Translations under genes and position numbers: made by a program
Notes under the pieces: generated by a model
Seen by the model: the letters and a program-made list of their open reading frames with translations, nothing else
The model's database searches: none
What the model was told of the DNA's origin: nothing
Source: Cyanophora paradoxa CCMP329
Taxonomy: Eukaryota > Plantae > Glaucophyta
Reading direction: 5' to 3'
Length of the DNA: 64,000 nucleotides
Assembly (NCBI GenBank): GCA_004431415.1
Contig: QPMI01000200.1
Location: 128,308-192,307 of the forward strand
Shown here: positions 1 to 12,461 of the stretch, one piece after another
Layout of the letters: the number at the start of each line of letters is the position of its first letter
Numbering within the stretch: the stretch's first letter is position 1

Positions 1-3000
1 CGCCACCCTGCCCGGAGAGCCGCGCTCGCCGCGTCTCCCACCTGGCCGGAGGGAGCTGTGCCACCACCCGCTGTCTCGCTGAACCCGCCAGGCAAGTTAA
101 GCGGGGGAGAGAGGGGGAGGGAGGGAGAGCCGTGGGCGAGGGGAGGGCATACTCCGAGGCGCTTCGGCGCGGCGGCGGCAGGGCTCTTGCGGCCGCGGGG
201 TGCACAGGCAGCCGCGAGGGCGGCGCGGGGCGCTTGTCGTTGTGCGGCGCGGCGGGGGCGGCGGGGCGCTCGAAGATCCTCTCCCGCGGCAGCGGGACGC
301 CTCGAAAATTCAAAATCCTCGAGAGCTGCGAGGGCGTCAGCAGCAGGCAGGCCGGGCTGTGCCGGGCAGGGCGCTCGGCACGGCGCACCGTCTCTGCGGG
401 GCGGGGCGAAAGCGACGGGGCGGGGCGGGGCGACGGCGACGGGGCCGGGCGAAGCGACAGCGCCGGGGCGGGCCGGGGAGCCGGCGGGGCTGCACGGGCT
501 GCACGGGGCGTGCGCCCCGGGCCGCCGCCCGCCGATCCTACGCCCGCCGTGCAATCCATGCTGCCGCCCTCCGCTCCCTCCGACCATCGCCCCGGGACTC
601 GATCATCCTGCGCGACAGGAGCGCCTTGTCAGCGACGCGTACGCACACAGACCGCTCAACTCACCTCGTCTAGGCCTGAGCCTCACCAAGCTGTGGAAGA
701 GGGTCCAGAATTCGGAGCCTGGAGACGGCGCGCGCGATCCAGCGCCTGGAACGCAAGCAAGAATCGTGAGACATGCGTTCGCGCGCCGCTGACGCAAAGC
801 TATGGTCCGGTGGCCCACCCCCGGCGATGGCGACGCGCTCGGCAGGGCGCGCTCGCCGCCAGCGGCGTGCCGGCACTCCATCGCCCGCTACGAAGGAGAG
901 ATCAACAGCGAGAAGCGTGCGGCAGTTCGCCTGTCCCCCGTTCCCGGCCAGGCGGCCGCCGCACCTTGGCTCGGCTTGGGCGCAGGGCCAACCAACTGGG
1001 CCGACGGGGCTCACCGCCGGCGATCCCTGCGAAATCGAGTGAGCTGTACGTCACGCGTGGAACGCGGAGGGCACGGCATAGACGCACGTCGTCGGTTTGT
1101 GGGAGGAAGGCAGGCCGTGAACGCAGCGCCGCACGGAAACACGGCCACGCCAGGGCATAGACATGCAGCTGCGAGAACACGGGCCACATGCGCCTAGCTA
1201 TAGCTAACGAAAGGGCCGCGCGCCGCATCTGCGAGCTTCCGCCAACGTGCTCGGCACCGCGGCCGAGCGAGCTGCGAAGGAGCATGGGACCGCTCAGGCT
1301 TCCTCGGAAAGCTGAGCCGAAGGGCGTCCTCAAGCATCCTCGATCGATATCGCTGTTGGTGTCGCTGCCGCTTTCGCCCAACAGCTGTGTACCCCGAATT
1401 CCGCGGCCTTGCACTTTGAAGAGCACGCAGGGCAAGAACTGGCTGCGGCCTCCAGCACGGGACGCAATGCAATCTCGGTGCGTCGGCGCTGGGCTCTCCA
1501 CCGCAGCGCATCCTGGTCTCCCTTACTCCACAATTTCAAACAGGTCAAACGGAGTCCGCACAGCTGCCGCGAACTTGACGAGCCTCGAGCGCGAACGACG
1601 TTCGAAGGTGCCTACTTGCATCCTCTCGCGTCCCCCGCCTGTCGCCGGCCTGATTTCAAACGCAGAGCGATGCCCCAGGGCGGCGGGCGCCCGCTCGTGG
1701 CGAAGAGCGCTCGTGTACGCGTCGTTCTTGCCTCTTCAAGCGCCCTTGATCTGCATTCTTAGCCCGGCCGCCGCCGCCAAGTGTTCCTTCTTTTGGTCGG
1801 CTCGCGCAGAAAGGAGAAGGCGGCTGCCGATGCGAAGCAAGGTGCTTTTTCGTTTCATCTCCTTTGCCCCAATCCCTCATTCCGCTGGCGGTCCAGGGAA
1901 CGGGGTGACTGGCCCGCGCGAGCAGAGCACCACCATCCAGTTCGCCTAGCGTCTTCTCCCGCAGGCCAGGTGCTCGCTCTTGTTTCCGCTACTCTCGCGT
2001 TGATGTTTTTGTGACGCCGGCCGCGTGCGCAGCGGAGCGGGTGCCGTTCTCGGACGCGTGGCTTCTGGACGGCCGCGGCCTCGGAGTTCTTGTGCTTGCG
2101 GCCGCTGGGGCGCAGGTGCGGCAGGTGCGGTCGTTTGCCGGCGCGCATTCTTCTCTTCTTTCGGTTGACGCTCCGAGCTCAGCGAGCGCTGCGCCGTCGC
2201 GGCGACCGCGTTCCGGGCGCTCTCAATCTCGGTGTGGGCGCTCGGCGACAGGTGCGGTCTGTTTATTGGCGCGCGTTCTCTCTTCTTTTGATTGAGATTC
2301 CTCTCCGTGCGCAGCGAGCGCTCTGCCTTCGACGTCGGGCACGGGCAAGGGATGCTGGAAGCGGGGACGGGCCTCCTGCTCTCTCCTTGCTGCGGTGCGC
2401 AGACGTCCCCTTGCTTCCCACTTCTCTCTTTATGCTAGGAGCCCGCTTATCCTGATGCGCGCAGCGCAGCGAGCGCGGCGACGTTCCGCAGCGAGTGCGG
2501 CGAGGGCGCATTCTGCCTGGGCCGGAGGCGGGCTGCTGGCGATCGGCTGGGCATGCGCAGGCGGCGGACGATGCCGCAGGCAGGACAGCAGTACTACCTG
2601 CTGTTCGGCAGCTGATTGCAGTTAAAACGTTAGTTTTCCTTTTCTCGGCAACTAGCGCGGGGGACGACGCCGCTTGCAGGTCATTGCGTATTGTGTAAAG
2701 CCCTTACAGCCTAAGTTGCAGGCGGGGCAGATTGGGGCAGATGAGCTCGAGGGCGCCCGCGCACGATCGGCCACGAGGCCGCTAGCTGTTTCACAGTGTG
2801 CGCACATCTACACGAGGCGCCGCGCGGGCTCGGGATTGGCCCCCACGAGGGCGCTGAGCTGTGTGCGCATGCGCACATGTACTACGGTACGACCTAGGGG
2901 CGCCGGCGCCACGCGTACGCGTGCCCCGTCGAGCTTGACGACCGACTCTCTCTCTCGGCGAGCTCGCCGAGTCGAGCCGCGTCGAGCTCAGGCCCATAGC

Positions 3001-3280
3001 AACGAGCTCGACGACCGTCGACCGGTACCGGCCACGCTGCTGGCTATAGCTACGTATACGCCGGCGCAGTGCGTCGGACACTGCGTCCAGCTGCGTCGAG
3101 CGGCGCAGTGCGTCAAACTTCGAGTGCGTCGAGCGACGCAGTTTCGTGAAACTTGGCGCACTGCTTGAAACTGCGTGGAGATTTCGAGCAGTGCTTCATT
3201 TCCGACGCAATGCTTGAAATTCCCACGCAATGCTTGAAATTTCCGACGCAATGCGTGGGTGAGCCAAAAGTGCCGGGGTA
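1..3280 (+). mobile_element. Right portion of a second copy of the 9.4-kb foldback TIR element (left end outside the window)
   Basis: 1-3280 is near-identical to 9802-13087 (same ORF set at offset ~9806) and ends in the same TIR ...GAGCCAAAAGTGCCGGGGTA at 3280. Confidence 0.9.
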
Positions 3281-4257
3281 CCTCGCTCAGTCAAACGCAC
3301 GAGAGCTGGAGCAGCTCTTCCAGTTGGCGGCGGCGACGCTTCGCGCCCGCTTTCGTGCGGCGGGGTCCGTCCTCTACAACGCGCACGGCGGTGACGAGAT
3401 CTTCAACAAGATGACGCCGCTGGACTTGTGCTTCTCTCCGGGAACGCGGGCTTTCTACCTTCGCTTCGCTCCGCACGAGCTTCGCAGCCCCGTCCCGTGC
3501 CCGGCCCCCTACACGCCGAGCGCACGCGGGGGACGGCCGATCAAGCACACTCACTCGTACCATGTCGTCGTCATTTACCCGTGCCTGCTTCATGACGCCC
3601 AGGGCGCCATCGTGGGCACCTGCTGGGAGCTGATTTCTGGTTGCGGCATCTGCGGCGCCTTCCCGGGTACCCCGGCACTTTTGGCTCACCCACGCATTGC
3701 GTCGAAATTTGAGTCATTTTTCGACGCAGTGCTCCGAAATTTCACGCAATGCTTGAAAATGCGTCGGGGTTTCAAGCAGCGCTTGAAACCCCACGCAGTG
3801 CGACGCAGCTGCCCGAAACTTCGAAGCACCGCGACTGCGCCAAATTCCCACTGCGTCTGGCTGCGTCGAGCGATGCAGCCTCAGGGCCTGGCAGCGCTAG
3901 CAGGCGCTATAGCTAGTACTAGTAGCTCGTAACCCATGCGGATTGCGGATTCAATGATTGCAGCGCGCGCGCTCGGGATCCACTGGGGCAGATCCGAGTG
4001 CGCGGGCGGATTGCAGCGCGCGCGCGGCTGTACCAGTACCGCAGTACTAGTATATACGTACGTGCATGCTTAGTTTGCTCGCGCTTCTGGGCCGCTGGGC
4101 CGCGGCCGGGCCACAGCGGCGACAGGCCCGTGGCCAGCTATTGTGAATCTGTGGCATGCGCTGTTCATAAAAGATGATGAACTGGAAGTATACAGGCTGT
4201 CCGGGATCCGAAATCTATCACACGCACCAGCCCCTGAAGCCCGAATCCGAGCGCTAG

Positions 4258-6768
4258 CTAGTTGCCGAGAAAACGAAAACTAACTGCAATCAGCTGCCGA
4301 ACAGCGGGAAGTGCTGCTGTCCTGCCTGCAGCATCGTCCGCCGGCGGCACAGGCAGAATGCGCCCTCGCCGCACTCGCTGCGGCAAGTCACCGCGCTCGC
4401 TGCGCTCAGAATAAGCGGACTCCTAGCTTAAAGAGAGAAGTGGGAAGCAAGGGACGTCTGCGCACCGAGGAGAGGGTAGCAGTCCCGCTTCCTCCGCATC
4501 CAGCATCCCTTGCCCGTGCCCGACGTCGAAGGCAGAGCGCTCGCTGCGCACGGAGAGGAATGTCAATCTAATGAAAAGAGAATGCGCGCCGATTAACAGA
4601 CCGCACCTGCGGCCGAGCGCCCACACCATGGACTGGAAGAGCGCCTCCTCTGGCCAAAAGGGCGGAGGCGTTGATGGCGCTCGCCGCGCTGCGGCATCAC
4701 GGTCAGCGCGCGGATCGAACGAAGATAAGCGAGTGGTGACCGGCAAACGGACCGCTGTGCACCACAGCAGGGTGAGTGAGCAGCAGGCCGGCTCGCGCCG
4801 CGTCCGGGCCGGTCCGGCATCCCTCGACCGCGATGCCGAAGCTGCGTTCGGAGCGTCAACCGAAAGAAGAGAAGAATGCGCGCCGGCAAACGACCGCACC
4901 TGCCGCACCTGCGCCCCAGCGGCCGCAAGCACAAGAACTCCGAGGCCGCGGCCGTCCAGAAGCCACGCGTCCGAGAACGGCACCCGCTCCGCTGCGCACG
5001 CGGCCGGCGTCACAAAAACATCAACGCGAGAGTAGCGGAAACAAGAGCGAGCACCTGGCCTGCGGGAGAAGACGCTAGGCGAACTGGATGGTGGTGCTCT
5101 GCTCGCGCGGGCCAGTCACCCCGTTCCCTGGACCGCCAGCGGAATGAGGGATTGGGGCAAAGGAGATGAAACGAAAAAGCACCTTGCTTCGCATCGGCAG
5201 CCGCCTTCTCCTTTTTGCGCGAGCCGACCAAAAGAAGGAACACTTGGCGGCGGCGGCCGGGCTAAGAATGCAGATCAAGGGCGCTTGAAGAGGCAAGAAC
5301 GACGCGTACACGAGCGCTCTTCGCCACGAGCGGGCGCCCGCCGCCCTGGGCAGCGCTCTGCTTTTGAAATCAGGCCGGCGACAGGCGGGGGACGCGAGAG
5401 GATGCAAGTAGGCACCTTCGAACGTCGTTCGCGCTCGAGGCTCGTCAAGTTCGCGGCAGCTGTGCGGACTCCGTTTGACCTGTTTGAAATTGTGGAGTAA
5501 GGGAGACCAGGATGCGCTGCGGTGGAGAGCCCAGCGCCGACGCACCGAGATTGCATTGCGTCCCGTGCTGGAGGCCGCAGCCAGTTCTTGCCCTGCGTGC
5601 TCTTCAAAGTGCAAGGCCGGAATTCGGGGTACACAGCTGTTGGGCGAAAGCGGCAGCGACACCAACAGCGATATCGATCGAGGATGCTTGAGGTTGCCCT
5701 TCGGCTCAGCTTTCCGAGGAAGCCTGAGCGGTCCCATGCTCCTTCGCAGCTCGCTCGGCCGCGGTGCCGAGCACGTTGGCGGAAGCTCGCAGATGCGGCG
5801 CGCGGCCCTTTCGTTAGCTATAGCTAGGCGCATGTGGCCCGTGTTCTCGCAGCTGCATGTCTATGCCCTGGCGTGGCCGTGTTTCCGTGCGGCGCCGCGT
5901 TCACGGCCTGCCTTCCTCCCACAAACCGACGACGTGCGTCTATGCCGTGCCCTCCGCGTTCCACGCGTGACGTACAGCTCACTCGATTTCGCAGGGATCG
6001 CCGGCGGTGAGCCCCGTCGGCCCAGTTGGTTGGCCCTGCGCCCAAGCCGAGCCAAGGTGCGGCGGCCGCCTGGCCGGGAACGGGGGACAGGCGAACTGCC
6101 GCACGCTTCTCGCTGTTGATCTCTCCTTCGTAGCGGGCGATGGAGTGCCGGCACGCCGCTGGCGGCGAGCGCGCCCTGCCGAGCGCGTCGCCATCGCCGG
6201 GGGTGGGCCACCGGACCATAGCTTTGCGTCAGCGGCGCGCGAACGCATGTCTCACGATTCTTGCTTGCGTTCCAGGCGCTGGATCGCGCGCGCCGTCTCC
6301 AGGCTCCGAATTCTGGACCCCTCTTCCACAGCTTGGTGAGGCTCAGGCCTAGACGAGGTGAGTTGAGCGGTCTGTGTGCGTACGCGTCGCTGACAAGGCG
6401 CTCCTGTCGCGCAGGATGATCGAGTCCCGGGGCGATGGTCGGAGGGAGCGGAGGGCGGCAGCATGGATTGCACGGCGGGGCGTAGGATCGGCGGGCGGCG
6501 GCCCGGGGCGCACGCCTCGCGCGCCGCCGGCTGCCCGCCCGCCCCGGCCCGCCCGGCGCCGTCGCTTCGCCCGCCCCGGCGCCTTCGCCCCGCTCCGCCC
6601 CGTCGCTTTCGCCCCGCCCCGCAGAGTCGGTGCGCCGTGCTGAGCGCCCTGCCCGGCACAGCCCGGCCTGCCTGCTGCTGACGCCCTCGCAGCTCTCGAG
6701 GATTTTGAATTTTCGGGGCGTCCCGCTGCCGCGGGAGAGGATCTTCGAGCGCCCCGCCGCCCCCGCCG
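4258..6768 (-). repeat. Left internal inverted arm of the foldback element
   Basis: Reverse complement of ~10054-12461; mirror ORFs, e.g. 5075..5833(-) vs 10994..11755(+). The arms differ mainly at ~4580-4850. Confidence 0.9.
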
Positions 6769-6779
6769 TCCTCAGGGAC

Positions 6780-7195
6780 AGCGCCGGGGGTCGCGGAAGC
6801 TCAGCAGGCGGCGGCGCGGCTCACCTGGCGGGGCGGAGGCGCGGCGGGCGGCGGCACGGCTCGCCGGGAGGGCGGCGGCGCGGCGGGCGGCGCGCAGCTC
6901 GCCGGGCGGGGCGAGGGTGCGGCGGGCGGCGGCGAAGCTCGGCGGGCGGGGCGCGGGAGCGGCGGGCGGCGGCGCGGCTCGCCAGGCGGGGCGGAGGCGC
7001 GGCGGGCGGCGCCGCGGCTCGCGGGGCGGGGCGGAGGCGCAGCGTGCTGCGGCCCGGCTCGCCGCACGGGTGGAGGCGCGGCTGGCGGCGGCGCGGCTCG
7101 CCAGGGGGGCGGAGGCGCAGCAGGCGGACAGGACGGCAGGCGCGGCGGGCGGCGGCGTGGCTCGCGGGGCGCCGCGGTGGCGCGACGCGGCTTCG
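6780..7195. repeat. G-rich degenerate minisatellite (GGCGGCGCGGCTCGC / GGCGGAGGCGCGG motifs)
   Basis: Recurring ~35-40-bp GC motifs; its inverted C-rich counterpart lies at ~9230-9835. Confidence 0.75.
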
Positions 7196-7245
7196 ATTCG
7201 TGATCACTGATCATGAGCGTGATGATCTCTTGTCATTCAATTTAA

Positions 7246-9180
7246 ACAGATCCGAGGCTGCGCTGCCCTGCAACTTGGCACAAATGAAGTGTTGGCAATT
7301 GGGGCCCACTATTGCTTGGCGAGGCACCAGCACCTTTTCAGCGCTTGCCACTATTAAAATCAAATCTAGCGCCTTTGATATAGTCCAGGTACGCTTCTCC
7401 AGTCAGTGAAAAGGCCGGGATCTTTTCCTGGCTTCATGATCAATTCTCATGATCATCATGAACACTGCATGCATGGGTGCTCAGATCCTCACTGCGAGCC
7501 AAATTGAAACTCGGGGCCCATATTGCATACGCCCGCGAGCATGCTGTTGGGGGTTCTCGAGGGCGCTGGATTTGATTATGAAGTCGGTTGAAGACAGATC
7601 CGAGGCTGCGCTGCCCTGCAACTTGGCACAAATGAAGTGTTGGCAATTGGGGCCCACTATTGCTTGGCGAGGCACCAGCACCTTTTCAGCGCTTGCCACT
7701 ATTAAAATCAAATCTAGCGCCTTTGATATAGTCCAGGTACGCTTCTCCAGTCAGTGAAAAGGCCGGGATCTTTTCCTGGCTTCATGATCAATTCTCATGA
7801 TCATCATGAACACTGCATGCATGGGTGCTCAGATCCTCACTGCGAGCCAAATTGAAACTCGGGGCCCATATTGCATACGCCCGCGAGCATGCTGTTGGGG
7901 GTTCTCGAGGGCGCTGGATTTGATTATGAAGTTGGTTTAAGACAGATCCGAGGCTGCGCTGCCCTGCAACTTGGCACAAATGAAGTGTTGGCAATTGGGG
8001 CCCACTATTGCTTGGCGAGGCACCAGCACCTTTTCAGCGCTTGCCACTATCAAAATCAAATCTAGCGCCTTTGATATAGTCCAGGTACGCTTCTCCAGTC
8101 AGTGAAAAGGCCGGGATCTTTTCCTGGCTTCATGATCAATTCTCATGATCATCATGAACACTGCATGCATGGGTGCTCAGATCCTCACTGCGAGCCAAAT
8201 TGAAACTCGGGGCCCATATTGCATACGCCCGCGAGCCGCTGAGCATGCTGTTGGGGGTTCTCGAGGGCGCTGGATTTGATTATGAAGTCGGTTGAAGACA
8301 GATCCGAGGCTGCGCTGCCCTGCAACTTGGCACAAATGAAGTGTTGGCAATTGGGCCCACTATTGCTTGGCGAGGCACCAGCACCTTTTCAGCGCTTGCC
8401 ACTATTAAAATCAAATCTAGCGCCTTTGATATAGTCCAGGTACGCTTCTCCAGTCAGTGAAAAGGCCGGGATCTTTTCCTGGCTTCATGATCAATTCTCA
8501 TGATCATCATGAACACTGCATGCATGGGTGCTCAGATCCTCACTGCGAGCCAAATTGAAACTCGGGGCCCATATTGCATACGCCCGCGAGCATGCTGTTG
8601 GGGGTTCTCGAGGGCGCTGGATTTGATTATGAAGTTGGTTTAAGACAGATCCGAGGCTGCGCTGCCCTGCAACTTGGCACAAATGAAGTGTTGGCAATTG
8701 GGGCCCACTATTGCTTGGCGAGGCACCAGCACCTTTTCAGCGCTTGCCACTATTAAAATCAAATCTAGCGCCTTTGATATAGTCCAGGTACGCTTCTCCA
8801 GTCAGTGAAAAGGCCGGGATCTTTTCCTGGCTTCATGATCAATTCTCAGAGTCTCATGATCATCATGAACACTGCATGCATGGGTGCTCAGATCCTCACT
8901 GCGAGCCAAATTGAAACTCGGGGCCCACATTGCATACGCCCGCGAGCATGCTGTTGGGGGTTCTCGAGGGCGCTGGATTTGATTATGAAGTTGGTTTAAG
9001 ACAGATCCGAGGCTGCGCTGCCCTGCAACTTGGCACAAATGAAGTGTTGGCAATTGGGGCCCACTATTGCTTGGCGAGGTACAAGCACCTTTTCAGCGCT
9101 TGCCACTATCAAAATCAATTCTAGCGTTTTTGATATAGCCTAGATACGCTTCTCCAGTCAGTGAAAAGGCCGGGATCTTT
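7246..9180 (+). repeat. Tandem array of ~348-bp units (about 5.5 copies)
   Basis: Unit start ACAGATCCGAGGCTGCGCTGCCCTGCAAC recurs at ~7246, 7594, 7942, 8298, 8645 and 9001. Units are near-identical, with no unique spacers. Confidence 0.95.
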
Positions 9181-9229
9181 GCTGGGCCTCATGATCATGA
9201 TCAGTGATCATGATCATCATGAGCACTAC

Positions 9230-9835
9230 ACCGCCTGGCGACCCGCGCCACCGCCCGCCGCGCCTCCGCTCCGCCCGCGAGCCGCGCCGCCACCCTGAGC
9301 CCCGCCCCGTCCGACGAGCCGCGTCGCCGCCCGACGCGTTTCCGCCCCGCCCCGCGAGCCGCGGCGCCGCTCGCCGCGCCCCCGCCCCGCCCGGCGACCC
9401 GCGCCGCCGCCCGCAGCGCCTCCGACCTGCCCGGCGGGCCGCGCCTCCGCCCGCCGCGCCTCCGCCCCGCCCCGCGAGCCGCGGCGCCGCCCGCCGCGCC
9501 TCCGCCCCGCCCGCGAGCCGCGCCTCCGCCCGCCACGCCTCCGCCCTGCCCGGCGAGCCGCGCCTCCGCTCGCCGCGCCTCCGCCCCGCCCCGCGAGCCG
9601 CGGCGCCGCCCGCCGCGCCCCCGCCCCGCCCCGCGAGCTGCGCCGCCACCCGCTGAGCCCCCGCCCTGCCCGGAAAGCCGAGTCGCTGCCCGACGCGCCT
9701 CCGCCCGTCCGGCGAGCCGCGTCGCCGCCCGCCGAGCCTCCGTCCCGCCCCGCGAGCTGCGCCGCCGCCCCCGCGCCCCCGCCCCGCCCAGTGAGCCGCG
9801 CCGCCACCCTGCCCGGAGAGCCGCGCTCGCCGCGT
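9230..9835. repeat. C-rich degenerate minisatellite, inverse of 6780-7195
   Basis: Repeated GCGAGCCGCG / CCGCGCCTCCGCCC motifs. Confidence 0.75.
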
Positions 9836-10053
9836 CTCCCACCTGGCCGGAGGGAGCTGTGCCACCACCCGCTGTCTCGCTGAACCCGCCAGGCAAGTTA
9901 AGCGGGGGGAGAGAGGGGGGAGGGAGGGAGAGCCGTGGGCGAGGGGAGGCATACTCCGAGGGCGCTTCGGCGCGGCGGCGGCAGGGCTCTTGCGGCCGCG
10001 GGGTGCACAGGCAGCCGCGAGGGCGGGCGCGGGGCGCTTGTCGTTGTGCGGCG

Positions 10054-12461
10054 CGGCGGGGGCGGCGGGGCGCTCGAAGATCCTCTCCCGCGGCAGCGGG
10101 ACGCCTCGAAAATTCAAAATCCTCGAGAGCTGCGAGGGCGTCAGCAGCAGGCAGGCCGGGCTGTGCCGGGCAGGGCGCTCGGCACGGCGCACCGTCTCTG
10201 CGGGCGGGGCGAAAGCGACGGGGCGGGGCGGGGCGACGGCGACGGGGCCGGGCGAAGCGACAGCGCCGGGGCGGGCCGGGGAGCCGGCGGGGCTGCACGG
10301 GGCTGCACGGGGCGTGCGCCCCGGGCCGCCGCCCGCCGATCCTACGCCCCGCCGTGCAATCCATGCTGCCGCCCTCCGCTCCCTCCGACCATCGCCCCGG
10401 GACTCGATCATCCTGCGCGACAGGAGCGCCTTGTCAGCGACGCGTACGCACACAGACCGCTCAACTCACCTCGTCTAGGCCTGAGCCTCACCAAGCTGTG
10501 GAAGAGGGGTCCAGAATTCGGAGCCTGGAGACGGCGCGCGCGATCCAGCGCCTGGAACGCAAGCAAGAATCGTGAGACATGCGTTCGCGCGCCGCTGACG
10601 CAAAGCTATGGTCCGGTGGCCCACCCCCGGCGATGGCGACGCGCTCGGCAGGGCGCGCTCGCCGCCAGCGGCGTGCCGGCACTCCATCGCCCGCTACGAA
10701 GGAGAGATCAACAGCGAGAAGCGTGCGGCAGTTCGCCTGTCCCCCGTTCCCGGCCAGGCGGCCGCCGCACCTTGGCTCGGCTTGGGCGCAGGGCCAACCA
10801 ACTGGGCCGACGGGGCTCACCGCCGGCGATCCCTGCGAAATCGAGTGAGCTGTACGTCACGCGTGGAACGCGGAGGGCACGGCATAGACGCACGTCGTCG
10901 GTTTGTGGGAGGAAGGCAGGCCGTGAACGCAGCGCCGCACGGAAACACGGCCACGCCAGGGCATAGACATGCAGCTGCGAGAACACGGGCCACATGCGCC
11001 TAGCTATAGCTAACGAAAGGGCCGCGCGCCGCATCTGCGAGCTTCCGCCAACGTGCTCGGCACCGCGGCCGAGCGAGCTGCGAAGGAGCATGGGACCGCT
11101 CAGGCTTCCTCGGAAAGCTGAGCCGAAGGGCGTCCTCAAGCATCCTCGATCGATATCGCTGTTGGTGTCGCTGCCGCTTTCGCCCAACAGCTGTGTACCC
11201 CGAATTCCGCGGCCTTGCACTTTGAAGAGCACGCAGGGCAAGAACTGGCTGCGGCCTCCAGCACGGGACGCAATGCAATCTCGGTGCGTCGGCGCTGGGC
11301 TCTCCACCGCAGCGCATCCTGGTCTCCCTTACTCCACAATTTCAAACAGGTCAAACGGAGTCCGCACAGCTGCCGCGAACTTGACGAGCCTCGAGCGCGA
11401 ACGACGTTCGAAGGTGCCTACTTGCATCCTCTCGCGTCCCCCGCCTGTCGCCGGCCTGATTTCAAACGCAGAGCGATGCCCCAGGGCGGCGGGCGCCCGC
11501 TCGTGGCGAAGAGCGCTCGTGTACGCGTCGTTCTTGCCTCTTCAAGCGCCCTTGATCTGCATTCTTAGCCCGGCCGCCGCCGCCAAGTGTTCCTTCTTTT
11601 GGTCGGCTCGCGCAGAAAGGAGAAGGCGGCTGCCGATGCGAAGCAAGGTGCTTTTTCGTTTCATCTCCTTTGCCCCAATCCCTCATTCCGCTGGCGGTCC
11701 AGGGAACGGGGTGACTGGCCCGCGCGAGCAGAGCACCACCATCCAGTTCGCCTAGCGTCTTCTCCCGCAGGCCAGGTGCTCGCTCTTGTTTCCGCTACTC
11801 TCGCGTTGATGTTTTTGTGACGCCGGCCGCGTGCGCAGCGGAGCGGGTGCCGTTCTCGGACGCGTGGCTTCTGGACGGCCGCGGCCTCGGAGTTCTTGTG
11901 CTTGCGGCCGCTGGGGCGCAGGTGCGGCAGGTGCGGTCGTTTGCCGGCGCGCATTCTTCTCTTCTTTCGGTTGACGCTCCGAGCTCAGCGAGCGCTGCGC
12001 CGTCGCGGCGACCGCGTTCCGGGCGCTCTCAATCTCGGTGTGGGCGCTCGGCGACAGGTGCGGTCTGTTTATTGGCGCGCGTTCTCTCTTCTTTTGATTG
12101 AGATTCCTCTCCGTGCGCAGCGAGCGCTCTGCCTTCGACGTCGGGCACGGGCAAGGGATGCTGGAAGCGGGGACGGGCCTCCTGCTCTCTCCTTGCTGCG
12201 GTGCGCAGACGTCCCCTTGCTTCCCACTTCTCTCTTTATGCTAGGAGCCCGCTTATCCTGATGCGCGCAGCGCAGCGAGCGCGGCGACGTTCCGCAGCGA
12301 GTGCGGCGAGGGCGCATTCTGCCTGGGCCGGAGGCGGGCTGCTGGCGATCGGCTGGGCATGCGCAGGCGGCGGACGATGCCGCAGGCAGGACAGCAGTAC
12401 TACCTGCTGTTCGGCAGCTGATTGCAGTTAAAACGTTAGTTTTCCTTTTCTCGGCAACTAG
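10054..12461 (+). repeat. Right internal inverted arm of the foldback element
   Basis: Inverted copy of 4258-6768 and direct copy of ~250-2655. Confidence 0.9.

Noticed and set aside
7246-9180. CRISPR-like or guide-RNA array
   Set aside because: Units are ~348 bp and near-identical end to end, with no unique spacers and no nuclease gene nearby; this is a satellite.
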